Below, piece by piece: positions 1 to 8,395 of a DNA stretch of 64,000 nucleotides. The notes beneath the pieces are model-generated. The model had not been told where the DNA came from, ran no database searches, and saw only the letters and a list, made by a program, of their open reading frames with translations. Position 1 is the stretch's first letter; every line of letters starts with the position of its first letter. Made by a program: the position numbers and the translations under genes. This stretch comes from an uncultured Gammaproteobacteria bacterium (GTDB lineage Bacteria > Pseudomonadota > Gammaproteobacteria > GCA-002705445 > GCA-002716945): positions 6,176-70,175 of the forward strand of contig CACLCV010000002.1 in assembly GCA_902605525.1 (NCBI GenBank), given 5' to 3'.

Positions 1-1073
1 GTAGGGATATATGCACCTGATGACATAGGTGACTTTGCATTACTATATGAAACTAATAATCTTCTATTCATATATTCATTATCTAAATTAAATTTTAAAT
101 TCAAAGCTGTTGAATTGTTGTTTAATACTTTAAAGCTTCCATCTTCTTCATGTTCTTTAATAGAAGAATTAGAATTATTAAATGAAAAATCAACAGAATT
201 TGCTATAGCAAAATTATCAATCCTACCTTTAACTTTGTAATTATCTGTTTTATGAGTACTATATATTCTGTGCTCACCCTCTTCTTCTTCCTCTTCCTCT
301 TCCTCTTCAGCATGATATGGAATCCCGTAGGTTCCTTTATTATCTTCAACTGAAAATCCAATGAACCCCCAATCTTTAATTAAAGACAGTCCGGCTGTTA
401 AATTTTTATCAGCAAAGTCTGAGTTAGCTAATGTATGTTTCTCTGCGCCCTCTTCAAATAAAGATCCCTCTGACATGTCATAGTTAAAATGATCTCTTTT
501 ATTATGAGAGAAATACACACTGAGGTCTCCTATATTTCTTTTCATAAGAATATTATTTGAATACCCTTCGCTTACAGTATCATAAGTCCTGCTTAGACGA
601 ATCATTTCGTCAGAATAAGCTTGATCTGTTATTGAGCCTGTAATGACATTGACTATACCGCCAGTTGTTCCACCGTAGTTAAATATAGAAGCGGGCCCTT
701 TGATTACTTCGATATGAGATGCATTACTGGTATTAACCATATTTGGATGATCTGCACTTATATGACTCAAGTCATTTACATTATCATTATCTGATAATAC
801 TTTGACTCTGTTGCCACCTAAACCACGAATTACTGGTTGGCCTACTGCCGCACCATAATCAGAGTTCGATATGCCCGGTATTCTTTTAATAATTGTTCCA
901 ATACTCTGTGTAGAGTTAATATCTGTGCTTCCAATTATTGCAAGTGGGTATTTACTCTCCCCTACTGTATTTGATAAAAGTGATGACTCCACTTCAAGAG
1001 GTGTTAAATCATCTGCTTGTACAAAAGTTGTACTCGTAATTATCAAAACGTAAAATAAACGTTTTAAAAACAT
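1..1073 (-). CDS. TonB-dependent outer-membrane receptor, N-terminal part (gene continues past the window start)
   Basis: Open to the window edge, so absent from the ORF track. My minus-strand translation from the ATG at 1071-1073 gives MFLKRLFYVLIITSTTFVQADDLTPLEVES (signal peptide plus a TonB-box-like segment). Plug motifs GQPVIRGLGGNRVKVLSDN and IEVIKGPAS are present, as is a HAEEEEEEEEEEGEH loop. Confidence 0.8.
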   Translation of the reverse strand, partial: MFLKRLFYVLIITSTTFVQADDLTPLEVESSLLSNTVGESKYPLAIIGSTDINSTQSIGTIIKRIPGISNSDYGAAVGQPVIRGLGGNRVKVLSDNDNVNDLSHISADHPNMVNTSNASHIEVIKGPASIFNYGGTTGGIVNVITGSITDQAYSDEMIRLSRTYDTVSEGYSNNILMKRNIGDLSVYFSHNKRDHFNYDMSEGSLFEEGAEKHTLANSDFADKNLTAGLSLIKDWGFIGFSVEDNKGTYGIPYHAEEEEEEEEEEGEHRIYSTHKTDNYKVKGRIDNFAIANSVDFSFNNSNSSIKEHEEDGSFKVLNNNSTALNLKFNLDNEYMNRRLLVSYSNAKSPMSSGAYIP

Positions 1074-1101
1074 TTTTTTCTCCTAAATTTATTTTTACTA
1101 T

Positions 1102-1413
1102 TTAAATAAAATTAGAAGCTGGTGGTCCCCGAGTATGAAAGTTAGTGACTACATATTCTTCAAAATCCTTAGATGGAATATTGAATAAGGTCTGACAAAC
1201 ACAATAGTGATTTTCGATGAAATACTTAGAATGCAACTTACCACACTGTCCACATAGATGATTGTGATCATCCGCATGACACTCATGCTCATGCTCATGG
1301 GTATGCTGATGACATTTACTATTTATTTTCACTTGCTGAATATTATCAAATTTTAATCTATTAAGCGAGGTAGTTGCTGTGAAAAGACCTTTTATTAACG
1401 TTGGCAATGGCAC
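1102..1413 (-). CDS. His/Cys-rich small protein, putative metal-binding, function unknown
   Basis: 103-aa ORF (GTG start) packed between the P19-like gene and the receptor gene. It contains CHQHTHEHEHECHADDHNHLCGQCG and HYCVC. No signal peptide is evident and I recognise no family. Confidence 0.45.
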   Translation of the reverse strand: MPLPTLIKGLFTATTSLNRLKFDNIQQVKINSKCHQHTHEHEHECHADDHNHLCGQCGKLHSKYFIENHYCVCQTLFNIPSKDFEEYVVTNFHTRGPPASNFI

Positions 1414-1417
1414 TTAT

Positions 1418-1969
1418 TCAGTTACGTACCGCTTCAGCCATCTTTTCAAAGTCTAGGTTACTATATTCAAATTCTTTCTCATCAAAAAGCGGATATGAAT
1501 ACAATTCTTTCCAGTCATTATGATAAGTTAATTTTTTTTCATCAATAGAAACAGTAAATTTAATTTTATAAGTATCGCTCCTTAAACCGGGAAGCTTTAT
1601 ATTTTCTGCATAATGAAAACCATCGCTTAGGTTTATATGAGGTGTTAACTCAACAGTATTTTTTTCTGTTGTATTTTCATTCGTTATCTCAGATATTATA
1701 ATGAGGTATGGAATAAATGCTTCTGGTAACTGTCCACTGATATCAATATCATTATTCCAATAAACAAGCGATTCAATGTGAATATCTGTTTCTTTTTCAG
1801 AAAGCACTTCCCTGGCATTATTATACAAAGTATCTTTTGGTGCAGCTTCAAATACTATATTGATGTCATTACTAAGATTGCCTTTCCCGATTATTAATTC
1901 CTCAGCATTAATAAAGCTCGCTATTGAAAAGAAAAGCCCCGATATTAATAAATTTGATACTATTTTCAT
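1418..1969 (-). CDS. Periplasmic P19/Tp34-family (Iron_transport, COG3470-like) metal-binding protein
   Basis: Has a signal peptide. Blocks DIHIESLVYW, PEAFIPYLIIISEITN and LTPHINLSDGFHYAENI align by eye to Campylobacter P19 blocks DIHLEADIHA, PEGFWMPYLTIAYELKN and LMPMVADDGPHYGANI. Confidence 0.6.
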   Translation of the reverse strand: MKIVSNLLISGLFFSIASFINAEELIIGKGNLSNDINIVFEAAPKDTLYNNAREVLSEKETDIHIESLVYWNNDIDISGQLPEAFIPYLIIISEITNENTTEKNTVELTPHINLSDGFHYAENIKLPGLRSDTYKIKFTVSIDEKKLTYHNDWKELYSYPLFDEKEFEYSNLDFEKMAEAVRN

Positions 1970-2496
1970 AACTGTGCCATTATGTTTTCTGGTGAGGTTT
2001 CCCCATATGGATCATCAGAAAAATCGTCAGATTTCCCTGGCTCTTCAAAAATTTTTTCAATTTTACAATTATCAACTATCATGGCGTATCGCCAGCTTCT
2101 AATACCAAATCCAAGGTTTCCCTTTGAGACATTCATGCCCATCGCAGTAGTAAATTCGCAATTACCGTCTGGAATTATCTTTATATTTTTGATACCTAAG
2201 TCAGAAGCCCAAGCGTTCATCACAAAAGCATCGTTAACAGAAACCACATATATATCATCAATACCTTTTTCTTTAAATTTATCAAAATTATTCTCAAACC
2301 CAGGTAATTGATATGTAGAACAAGTCGGTGTAAAAGCTCCAGGTAGAGAAAAGATTATAACTTTTTGATTAGAAAATAACTCTAAGGTTGATTTTTCAAT
2401 AAATTTTCCACCAACTGGACAAGTACCGCTTTCTGGTCTTATGTCACCCTCGCGGAAACAAAATTTAATATCAGGTATAGAATCGCCTGCTTTCAT
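1966..2496 (-). CDS. Peroxiredoxin, Prx5 (type 5, AhpC/TSA) subfamily
   Basis: Contains the PGAFTPTCS peroxidatic-Cys motif. Length is 176 aa. Overlaps the downstream P19-like gene by 4 nt. Confidence 0.85.
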   Translation of the reverse strand: MKAGDSIPDIKFCFREGDIRPESGTCPVGGKFIEKSTLELFSNQKVIIFSLPGAFTPTCSTYQLPGFENNFDKFKEKGIDDIYVVSVNDAFVMNAWASDLGIKNIKIIPDGNCEFTTAMGMNVSKGNLGFGIRSWRYAMIVDNCKIEKIFEEPGKSDDFSDDPYGETSPENIMAQL

Positions 2497-2528
2497 TATA
2501 AACTCCTGTTATATTTTTCTATCCCTGA

Positions 2529-2540
2529 ATTATCATTATA
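2529..2540 (-). promoter_or_regulatory. Candidate Fur-type box overlapping a perfect -10 hexamer upstream of the prx5 operon
   Basis: The minus strand reads TATAATGATAAT. Of this, ATAATGATAAT is an exact 11-nt match to the core of the Fur consensus GATAATGATAATCATTATC. It lies 33-44 nt upstream of the prx5 ATG. The rest of the 19-mer does not match, and the AT-rich background weakens the call. Confidence 0.3.
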
Positions 2541-2659
2541 ATTTAAAGAACTATTTTTTCAATTTATAATGAGGTTCTAAGGGACTAAAAAAGATATTGT
2601 TTTTTCCATATCTATTGAGGAATAGACATAGTATTCATAAAATACTAGTATAAGATCGC

Positions 2660-3058
2660 ATGCAAATGGATATAACAATTACTTACACAATTATTCTTAT
2701 AATCTTCATGTTAATTTTAGCTTTCAGGGTCATAGACTTGCGAGGGAGCCCGGTCACTAAATTTCTCCACTCTGATGATCGCGTAGTAGATGAGGATACC
2801 TTATACAGAGCAGTCAGGGCGCATGGAAATTTAATTGAATACGCGCCATTATTTTTGATTTTGATGCTCATAGCAGAGCTAAATGGCTTATCTTCATTCT
2901 ATTTACATGTTAGTGGTAGCATTTTTACGGCAGGAAGATTTATGCACGGCATAGTTTTCTCTTTTATGAAACCAAATATGATCCTAAGAGTGGGTGGAAT
3001 GATACTTACATTCACAGGGTTTATTGTATTAATAACTGCAATAGTCTATTCGCTGTAG
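2660..3058 (+). CDS. MAPEG-family inner-membrane protein (YecN-like)
   Basis: 132 aa with multiple TM segments. The RAHGNLIEYAPLFLILM block is typical of MAPEG proteins. Confidence 0.65.
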   Translation: MQMDITITYTIILIIFMLILAFRVIDLRGSPVTKFLHSDDRVVDEDTLYRAVRAHGNLIEYAPLFLILMLIAELNGLSSFYLHVSGSIFTAGRFMHGIVFSFMKPNMILRVGGMILTFTGFIVLITAIVYSL

Positions 3059-3098
3059 CACATAACTTCTTATTGATAAAAATCATTAATATAGAATA

Positions 3099-3743
3099 TT
3101 GAATCGGGTTGATAAATATTATAATATACCCCCTATGGGTATAATAAATAAAACAGTTATTATTTTATTGTTAGTTGTAACTTCTGATGCTGCATTCTCA
3201 AGACCTATATCATGGTCGGGAGGGTCAACTATTATGTATAAAACCAACAGCATGTATTCATCATATTATTATCATTACTCTCCTATTTATAAATACTCAC
3301 TAGGATTAGAGTATATTAACGATCGTCATTTTAATGACCAGTATATTAATCTAAAAACGACATACCTTTTAGGAAGGAAAAATACTAAGTCGTCACAAGC
3401 CAATTTGTATTTAACGGGAGGTGTATCAACCAAATCAAAGAATAATCACTTTTATGGTATTCATGGTGATTGGGAAACGAGAAGATTATTTACGTCATTC
3501 TCAGTCATTAACAAAGACACAGATGTAACTGACTATACGGAAAATGAACTTACATTTGGAGTTGCGCCTTATCTTGGTGAATATAATGATTTACATACCT
3601 GGGTTATGGTAAAAGCTAAAAAAGATACGATTAATAATAATTGGGAGACATATCCATTCATGAAATTTTTTAAAGGTGATTCTCTTGTAGAAATTGGTGC
3701 AAAAAATTCACACTGGGATATTCACTATATGTTAAGGTTTTAA
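3099..3743 (+). CDS. Putative small outer-membrane beta-barrel protein
   Basis: Signal peptide MGIINKTVIILLLVVTSDAAFS (an alternative start at 3135 is likely). Alternating aromatic-rich strands. C-terminal ...HYMLRF ends in Phe, as in OMP sorting signals. First gene of the HMA / MerT-like / CsoR cluster. Confidence 0.5.
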   Translation: MNRVDKYYNIPPMGIINKTVIILLLVVTSDAAFSRPISWSGGSTIMYKTNSMYSSYYYHYSPIYKYSLGLEYINDRHFNDQYINLKTTYLLGRKNTKSSQANLYLTGGVSTKSKNNHFYGIHGDWETRRLFTSFSVINKDTDVTDYTENELTFGVAPYLGEYNDLHTWVMVKAKKDTINNNWETYPFMKFFKGDSLVEIGAKNSHWDIHYMLRF

Positions 3744-3759
3744 ACTAAGGAGAACTATT

Positions 3760-4170
3760 ATGTACAAAATATTATTATCGTTAATTATATTATCATCGAA
3801 TACCGTCCTTGCTATGGATGGTATGCATAATCATGATTCACATAATCATAATAAACATCAAGATATGACCTATGTAGACGGATCTAAAACAAAGATTACT
3901 GATGAAATGTTTTCAAGTTTTAGTGCTGGTTTGTCTAATACACAGATTGTAATTGTAGATGTACAAGGAATGGTATGTGATTTCTGTGCAAGAGGAATAG
4001 AAAAAACATTTAATGATGACAAAGATGTTAAAAAAGTAGATGTAAGTCTGGATAAAGGAAAAGTTATGATAGCTTATTCTATGAACAAAGAAGTAGATTT
4101 GAATGAAATTAAGAATATTTTCTTATCTAACGGGCAAACAGCTACTGGAATTGTAATACGAAAAGTTTAA
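3760..4170 (+). CDS. Periplasmic heavy-metal-associated (HMA, MerP/CopZ-like) protein with a His/Met-rich N-terminus
   Basis: Signal peptide, then MDGMHNHDSHNHNKHQDM, then the HMA motif GMVCDFCARGIEK. Confidence 0.75.
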   Translation: MYKILLSLIILSSNTVLAMDGMHNHDSHNHNKHQDMTYVDGSKTKITDEMFSSFSAGLSNTQIVIVDVQGMVCDFCARGIEKTFNDDKDVKKVDVSLDKGKVMIAYSMNKEVDLNEIKNIFLSNGQTATGIVIRKV

Positions 4171-4173
4171 ATT

Positions 4174-4551
4174 ATGTTTAAAGATAATGAATCAATGAAA
4201 CTTGGATTGATTACACTTTTTGCTTCTTCATCAACACTTATATGTTGTGCTTTACCTGCTCTATTTGTTCTACTTGGAGCAGGTGCAACGTTTGCATCAA
4301 TAGTGAATTTTTTTCCTCAGTTGATTGTTATCTCTCAATATAAAATTACTATTTCCATAGTTACAGGAATTATTTTATTACTTGCAGGTTTTTTAATAAA
4401 AAAAGCTTCCTTGCTACCATGTCCAACAGATCCAGATTTAAGAGATACGTGTCTAAAAACTAGAAAAAGATCTAAAGTTATTTATTTTGCTTCTATTGGA
4501 ATATTTGTTTTCGCTAGTTTTTTTACTTATGTATTACCCATTTATCTATGA
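4174..4551 (+). CDS. MerT-like three-TM thiophilic-metal transport protein
   Basis: A vicinal CC lies in TM1 (STLICCALPALFVLLGAG). A Cys pair lies in the loop after TM2 (LPCPTDPDLRDTC), followed by a third TM. Size and topology match MerT. Confidence 0.55.
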   Translation: MFKDNESMKLGLITLFASSSTLICCALPALFVLLGAGATFASIVNFFPQLIVISQYKITISIVTGIILLLAGFLIKKASLLPCPTDPDLRDTCLKTRKRSKVIYFASIGIFVFASFFTYVLPIYL

Positions 4552-4552
4552 C

Positions 4553-4816
4553 ATGATAGAAAATCCATCACATAAAAAGCAACTGGCTTCATTAAAGAGG
4601 ATTGAAGGTCAAATTCGTGGAATCATTAATATGATTGATAATGGTAAATATTGTATTGATGTTCTAAATCAGATTAAGGCTGCAAAATCAGCACTAGTAT
4701 CTGTGGAATCAAAAGTACTCAAAACACACGTTGAATCATGCGTTAGAAATTCATTTAAAAGTAAAAAAGCTCTCGATACCAAAGTGGATGAGCTCTTGAA
4801 GCTAATCAATAAGTAA
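4553..4816 (+). CDS. CsoR/RcnR/FrmR-family metal-sensing transcriptional repressor (C-H-C fingerprint, CsoR-like)
   Basis: The ATG at 4553 sits just after the upstream stop. The sequence LKRIEGQIRGIINMIDNGKYCIDVLNQIKAAKSAL...HVESC matches the DUF156 family, with a Cys...His-x3-Cys ligand pattern. Confidence 0.8.
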   Translation: MIENPSHKKQLASLKRIEGQIRGIINMIDNGKYCIDVLNQIKAAKSALVSVESKVLKTHVESCVRNSFKSKKALDTKVDELLKLINK

Positions 4817-5366
4817 ACTTATACTTTATCCTGTGATGATGAAGGTCTTTTGACATTTGTATCCTGATATCTTCTTTAAGATATTCATCAGCTATAGTTA
4901 TTTCCTCCGGTGATAGTTGTCTTTTATTGAGCGCTATAAATATGTCTAGACCAAATCTAGATAATTCTCTCGTTCCAAAATCATGATTTTTTCTTTCAAA
5001 TCCAATTCTTACCTCATCTATTGATACAGATAGTGTTTGAGCTGTTTGCTCATATGCTAATGGCAAAGGTTTTCCTTCAAATATAAATTGCCAAGTCTGA
5101 GCATTAATAAAAATGTACTTAAGTTCTATTTTGGATCTGCCCCATTTACCATTCAAGCCGAAAGCTTCCGATAAATGTATTTTATCTTTTGAGGATTTGA
5201 TTGAAATATTATCAATATAAAGTCCTAACTCTTTTGTATAATCAGTATTATTAAGCATATGAGCAGAATACTCTTTGATTAAGGCCTCAGCTAACTCAGC
5301 ATTAGGATCTGTATCATATTTTTTTATGAGATTAGCTTCAAATAGTTTCCATTCATTATCAATCAT
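4806..5366 (-). CDS. Hypothetical protein
   Basis: 186-aa ORF with protein-like composition. No motif recognised. Convergent with csoR-like and overlaps it by 11 nt. Confidence 0.5.
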   Translation of the reverse strand: MIDNEWKLFEANLIKKYDTDPNAELAEALIKEYSAHMLNNTDYTKELGLYIDNISIKSSKDKIHLSEAFGLNGKWGRSKIELKYIFINAQTWQFIFEGKPLPLAYEQTAQTLSVSIDEVRIGFERKNHDFGTRELSRFGLDIFIALNKRQLSPEEITIADEYLKEDIRIQMSKDLHHHRIKYKFTY

Positions 5367-5626
5367 TTGATATATTATAAATTATGAATGGTTTCTTTGT
5401 ATTATATTTTTTTTTAGGGGCAATTATTTATGCTGTCATTATGATGTGCTTAGATGATAATACTGACATTTAATATGAATAAAAAAAGTTATACGATACC
5501 TATAGATAGCAAAGTGAAAAAAAAAGATCAGGATGAGAAATTTATTAGGGATTATCTTAAGCCTGAGTGTGATCAAGAGCTATCTGAAGAAGAGTATCCT
5601 AAAATTAAAGATCGCGACTAATGCAT

Positions 5627-6043
5627 TTATTTAATATTTTCCATTGATAGCCACGGTTCTCTAGGTTCAAGCTTTTCACCTTCTTGTAATAATTCAATGG
5701 AAATATTGTCTGGAGATTTTACAAAAGCCATACAACCATCCCTTGGTGGATAATTAATCTTTATCCCCATGCTTATAAGATGTTCACAGGTATCATATAT
5801 GTTTTTAACTTTATATGCGATGTGTCCGAAATTTCTTGAGGACTCTTTTAAGCTATCACCATCCCAGTTATATGTTAGCTCCAATTCTACATCTTCATTA
5901 TTTGGAGCAGATAAAAAGATAAGAGTAAACCTATCTTCTTTAAATTCCATTCTTCTTGCTTCTTTTAAGCCAAGTCCATCACAGTAAAATTTTAATGATT
6001 CCTCTACATCAGATACTCTGAGCATTGTATGTAAATATTTCAT
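5627..6043 (-). CDS. gloA: Lactoylglutathione lyase (glyoxalase I)
   Basis: LHTMLRVSDVEESLKFYCDGLGL, ELELTYNW and GHIAYKV are typical GloA blocks. Confidence 0.85.
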   Translation of the reverse strand: MKYLHTMLRVSDVEESLKFYCDGLGLKEARRMEFKEDRFTLIFLSAPNNEDVELELTYNWDGDSLKESSRNFGHIAYKVKNIYDTCEHLISMGIKINYPPRDGCMAFVKSPDNISIELLQEGEKLEPREPWLSMENIK

Positions 6044-6049
6044 AAGAAA

Positions 6050-6481
6050 CTACTTTACTATAATTTCAATTCTTTCTGATATCAAAGGCTTATCATGCGG
6101 AATATGTAGATAATTACCAAGTAATAACTGCAGTGTATGCTTGCCTTTTGGTAGCTCTATTATTGTTTCTTTTTGACCTTTACCAAAATGTAGATGTTTT
6201 TTATCAGCAGGAATAGGCGCTTTCATATCTGGTAGTTTTTTCACATTAATTAAAAGATGATGATGTCCTGACATAGGTTTATCAATTCCAGCAGGGACAA
6301 CATCCATCCCTACAAGGCCAAACTCTACTTTAAATGGGCTTGTCACTTCTTCTCCATTACTCGGTATTACAAAAAATAATTTTTGATTCTTGCTATTTTC
6401 CTCGCTTGAGTAACGTGGATATGAAAATGAATTTAAAGATAACAGAAAAAAAATCAGCCCTATCGATATAATTAGTCTCAT
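6050..6481 (-). CDS. DUF4399-like periplasmic protein
   Basis: Signal peptide. GHHHLLIN and HLHFGKGQKETIIELPKGKHTLQLLLGNYLH match my memory of the DUF4399 pattern. Confidence 0.6.
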   Translation of the reverse strand: MRLIISIGLIFFLLSLNSFSYPRYSSEENSKNQKLFFVIPSNGEEVTSPFKVEFGLVGMDVVPAGIDKPMSGHHHLLINVKKLPDMKAPIPADKKHLHFGKGQKETIIELPKGKHTLQLLLGNYLHIPHDKPLISERIEIIVK

Positions 6482-6685
6482 ATATTGTAATATTTTATAC
6501 TATGTTAAAGATTTATAATATTATTTATATATATTTCGATTATGTCTGATTTAGTAAAACTACTTAAAGGGTTTATTTTAGCTGTTATTATATTGACAAT
6601 CTTTGCATATGTTGGAGTTTATGCAATATCATTACTTATTTAATTTCTTAACTATATTTTTTAAATATTCAGGTTAAAATGAATT

Positions 6686-6853
6686 ATGGTTAAATGGGAA
6701 TACAAAACATTTGAGTGGGAAGTACTTAAACACTCACTTGATGAAAGCCAGAAGCCTGAGAATCTAGGTGGACAGGGCTGGGAACTGGTTTCAACTAATT
6801 ATGATACAGATTACCGTGTCTGGGTCTTGATGTTCAAAAGGCCCGTAGAATAA
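6686..6853 (+). CDS. DUF4177-like small protein (55 aa)
   Basis: My own translation is MVKWEYKTFEWEVLKHSLDESQKPENLGGQGWELVSTNYDTDYRVWVLMFKRPVE. The WEYK start and GWELV block match DUF4177. It falls below the ORF-track length cut-off. Confidence 0.5.
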   Translation: MVKWEYKTFEWEVLKHSLDESQKPENLGGQGWELVSTNYDTDYRVWVLMFKRPVE

Positions 6854-6863
6854 CCTAAATTAT

Positions 6864-8069
6864 TTAATTCCATTCTGGAAAAGGATCTTTTAATGTCTTC
6901 CAGTAAGCTTTACCCTTTAACACCTCTTCTTCACTTAAGAGGCAATCATCCAGTTTATTTGTGATTTCTTTTTGATTTAATTCTTGTCCTATAAAAACTA
7001 ATTCTTGGCGCATATCTCCGAAAGGCTCCACCCATAATCTTTTTATTGATTCTAGGTATTCCTCATCTTCAGGCCAGTCTTTCTTTGGTACCGCTTTCCA
7101 AAATAATCCTGCATATCCATAACGCGCTATTCCTCCAGCTTGGCTCCACTGTCCAGCAAAAGTAGGTCGTGTTGCTAACCAAAAATATCCTTTCGAACGA
7201 ATCAATTTACCGTACTGTTTTGTATTGTGCAGAAAATTAAAGAATTTGTCTGGATGAAAAGGTCTTCGTGCCTCATAACTAAAACTTGCAATACCATATT
7301 CTTCTGTTTCTGGGACATGCTCTCCTCTCATTTCTTTAAGCCACCCTGGAGACTGTTGAGCTTTTTCGAAATCAAATAAACCTGTATCCAATACATTATT
7401 TATTTCCACATTCCCATTAGAGATAGGAATTATTTTAGCTGTAGTATTAAGGGTTTTTAAGATTGCTGTAAGACGGTCAATACCTGGTGCACTAACTAAA
7501 TCAGTTTTACTGACTAATATGATGTCAGCAAACTCTACCTGCTCGACCAATAAATCTGATACACTCCTCTCATCATCTTCGCCAAGAGATTCTCCTGTAT
7601 CTTTCAGGTATTTTGCCTCATCATAATCTTTTAAAAAATTGACAGCATCAACAACTGTTACCATAGTATCGAGATTCGCTACATCTGATAATGAGTTACC
7701 GTCTTCATCTGCAAATGTAAATGTTTCCGCCACAGGCAAAGGTTCTGATATACCAGTTGATTCTATAACTAGATAATCAAAACGTCCTTCTTTTGCTAGT
7801 TTATTAATCTCTATCAAAAGATCTTCTCTTAATGTGCAGCAGATACAACCATTGCTCATTTCGACAAGCTTTTCTTCACTATGATTTAATGAGACTTCAT
7901 TTTTTACAATTGCAGCATCAATATTAATTTCGCTCATATCATTAACTATTACTGCTACTTTTTTATTGTCTCTATTATTAAGTATGTGGCTTAGGACAGT
8001 TGTTTTACCTGCTCCAAGAAAACCTGACAGGACGGTAACTGGTAGTTTATCAATTGCTGTATTTCTCAT
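6864..8069 (-). CDS. COG0523-family G3E GTPase (CobW/ZigA/YeiR-like metallochaperone)
   Basis: Walker A GFLGAGKTT, metal motif GCICCTLR, SKTDL, and a CobW C-terminal domain. Confidence 0.9.
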   Translation of the reverse strand: MRNTAIDKLPVTVLSGFLGAGKTTVLSHILNNRDNKKVAVIVNDMSEINIDAAIVKNEVSLNHSEEKLVEMSNGCICCTLREDLLIEINKLAKEGRFDYLVIESTGISEPLPVAETFTFADEDGNSLSDVANLDTMVTVVDAVNFLKDYDEAKYLKDTGESLGEDDERSVSDLLVEQVEFADIILVSKTDLVSAPGIDRLTAILKTLNTTAKIIPISNGNVEINNVLDTGLFDFEKAQQSPGWLKEMRGEHVPETEEYGIASFSYEARRPFHPDKFFNFLHNTKQYGKLIRSKGYFWLATRPTFAGQWSQAGGIARYGYAGLFWKAVPKKDWPEDEEYLESIKRLWVEPFGDMRQELVFIGQELNQKEITNKLDDCLLSEEEVLKGKAYWKTLKDPFPEWN

Positions 8070-8395
8070 GATTAATCCAAAAAAAACTTTATATTATCAA
8101 AATATCATAGCTGTCAACCCTATCTATTGGTGAGGTATGGATGAGTTGTCATGGTAGAGATTGCGCCTATGCTCAAGTAAATAACAAATGTTTATATTAG
8201 TGCTATAACCACAAAAACAATCAGTGCATATACGGCTAACTCTACAAATGGACTTCCATTTGGTCTTTCGTTAAAGAATTTCATGTCTCTTCCCCTGCTA
8301 ATGTTTGAACTATTATTACACAAATTTATGGTCATATGTATATTTAGGGTTAAGATAAAGACTATGAAATATATACTTAATGAGAGAGTAATAAT

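Noticed and set aside
5388-5621. Two short ORFs (29 aa and 48 aa; the latter MNKKSYTIPIDSKVKKKDQDEKFIRDYLKPECDQELSEEEYPKIKDRD) in the gap between the hypothetical gene and gloA
   Set aside because: No motif or strong ribosome-binding site was recognised, so they cannot be distinguished from chance ORFs.
8192-8284. 30-aa minus-strand ORF (MKFFNERPNGSPFVELAVYALIVFVVIALI) with an AGGGGA Shine-Dalgarno in the 326-nt gap upstream of the COG0523 gene
   Set aside because: It is plausible as a small membrane peptide but too short to support without conservation or expression data, so it is not listed as a feature.
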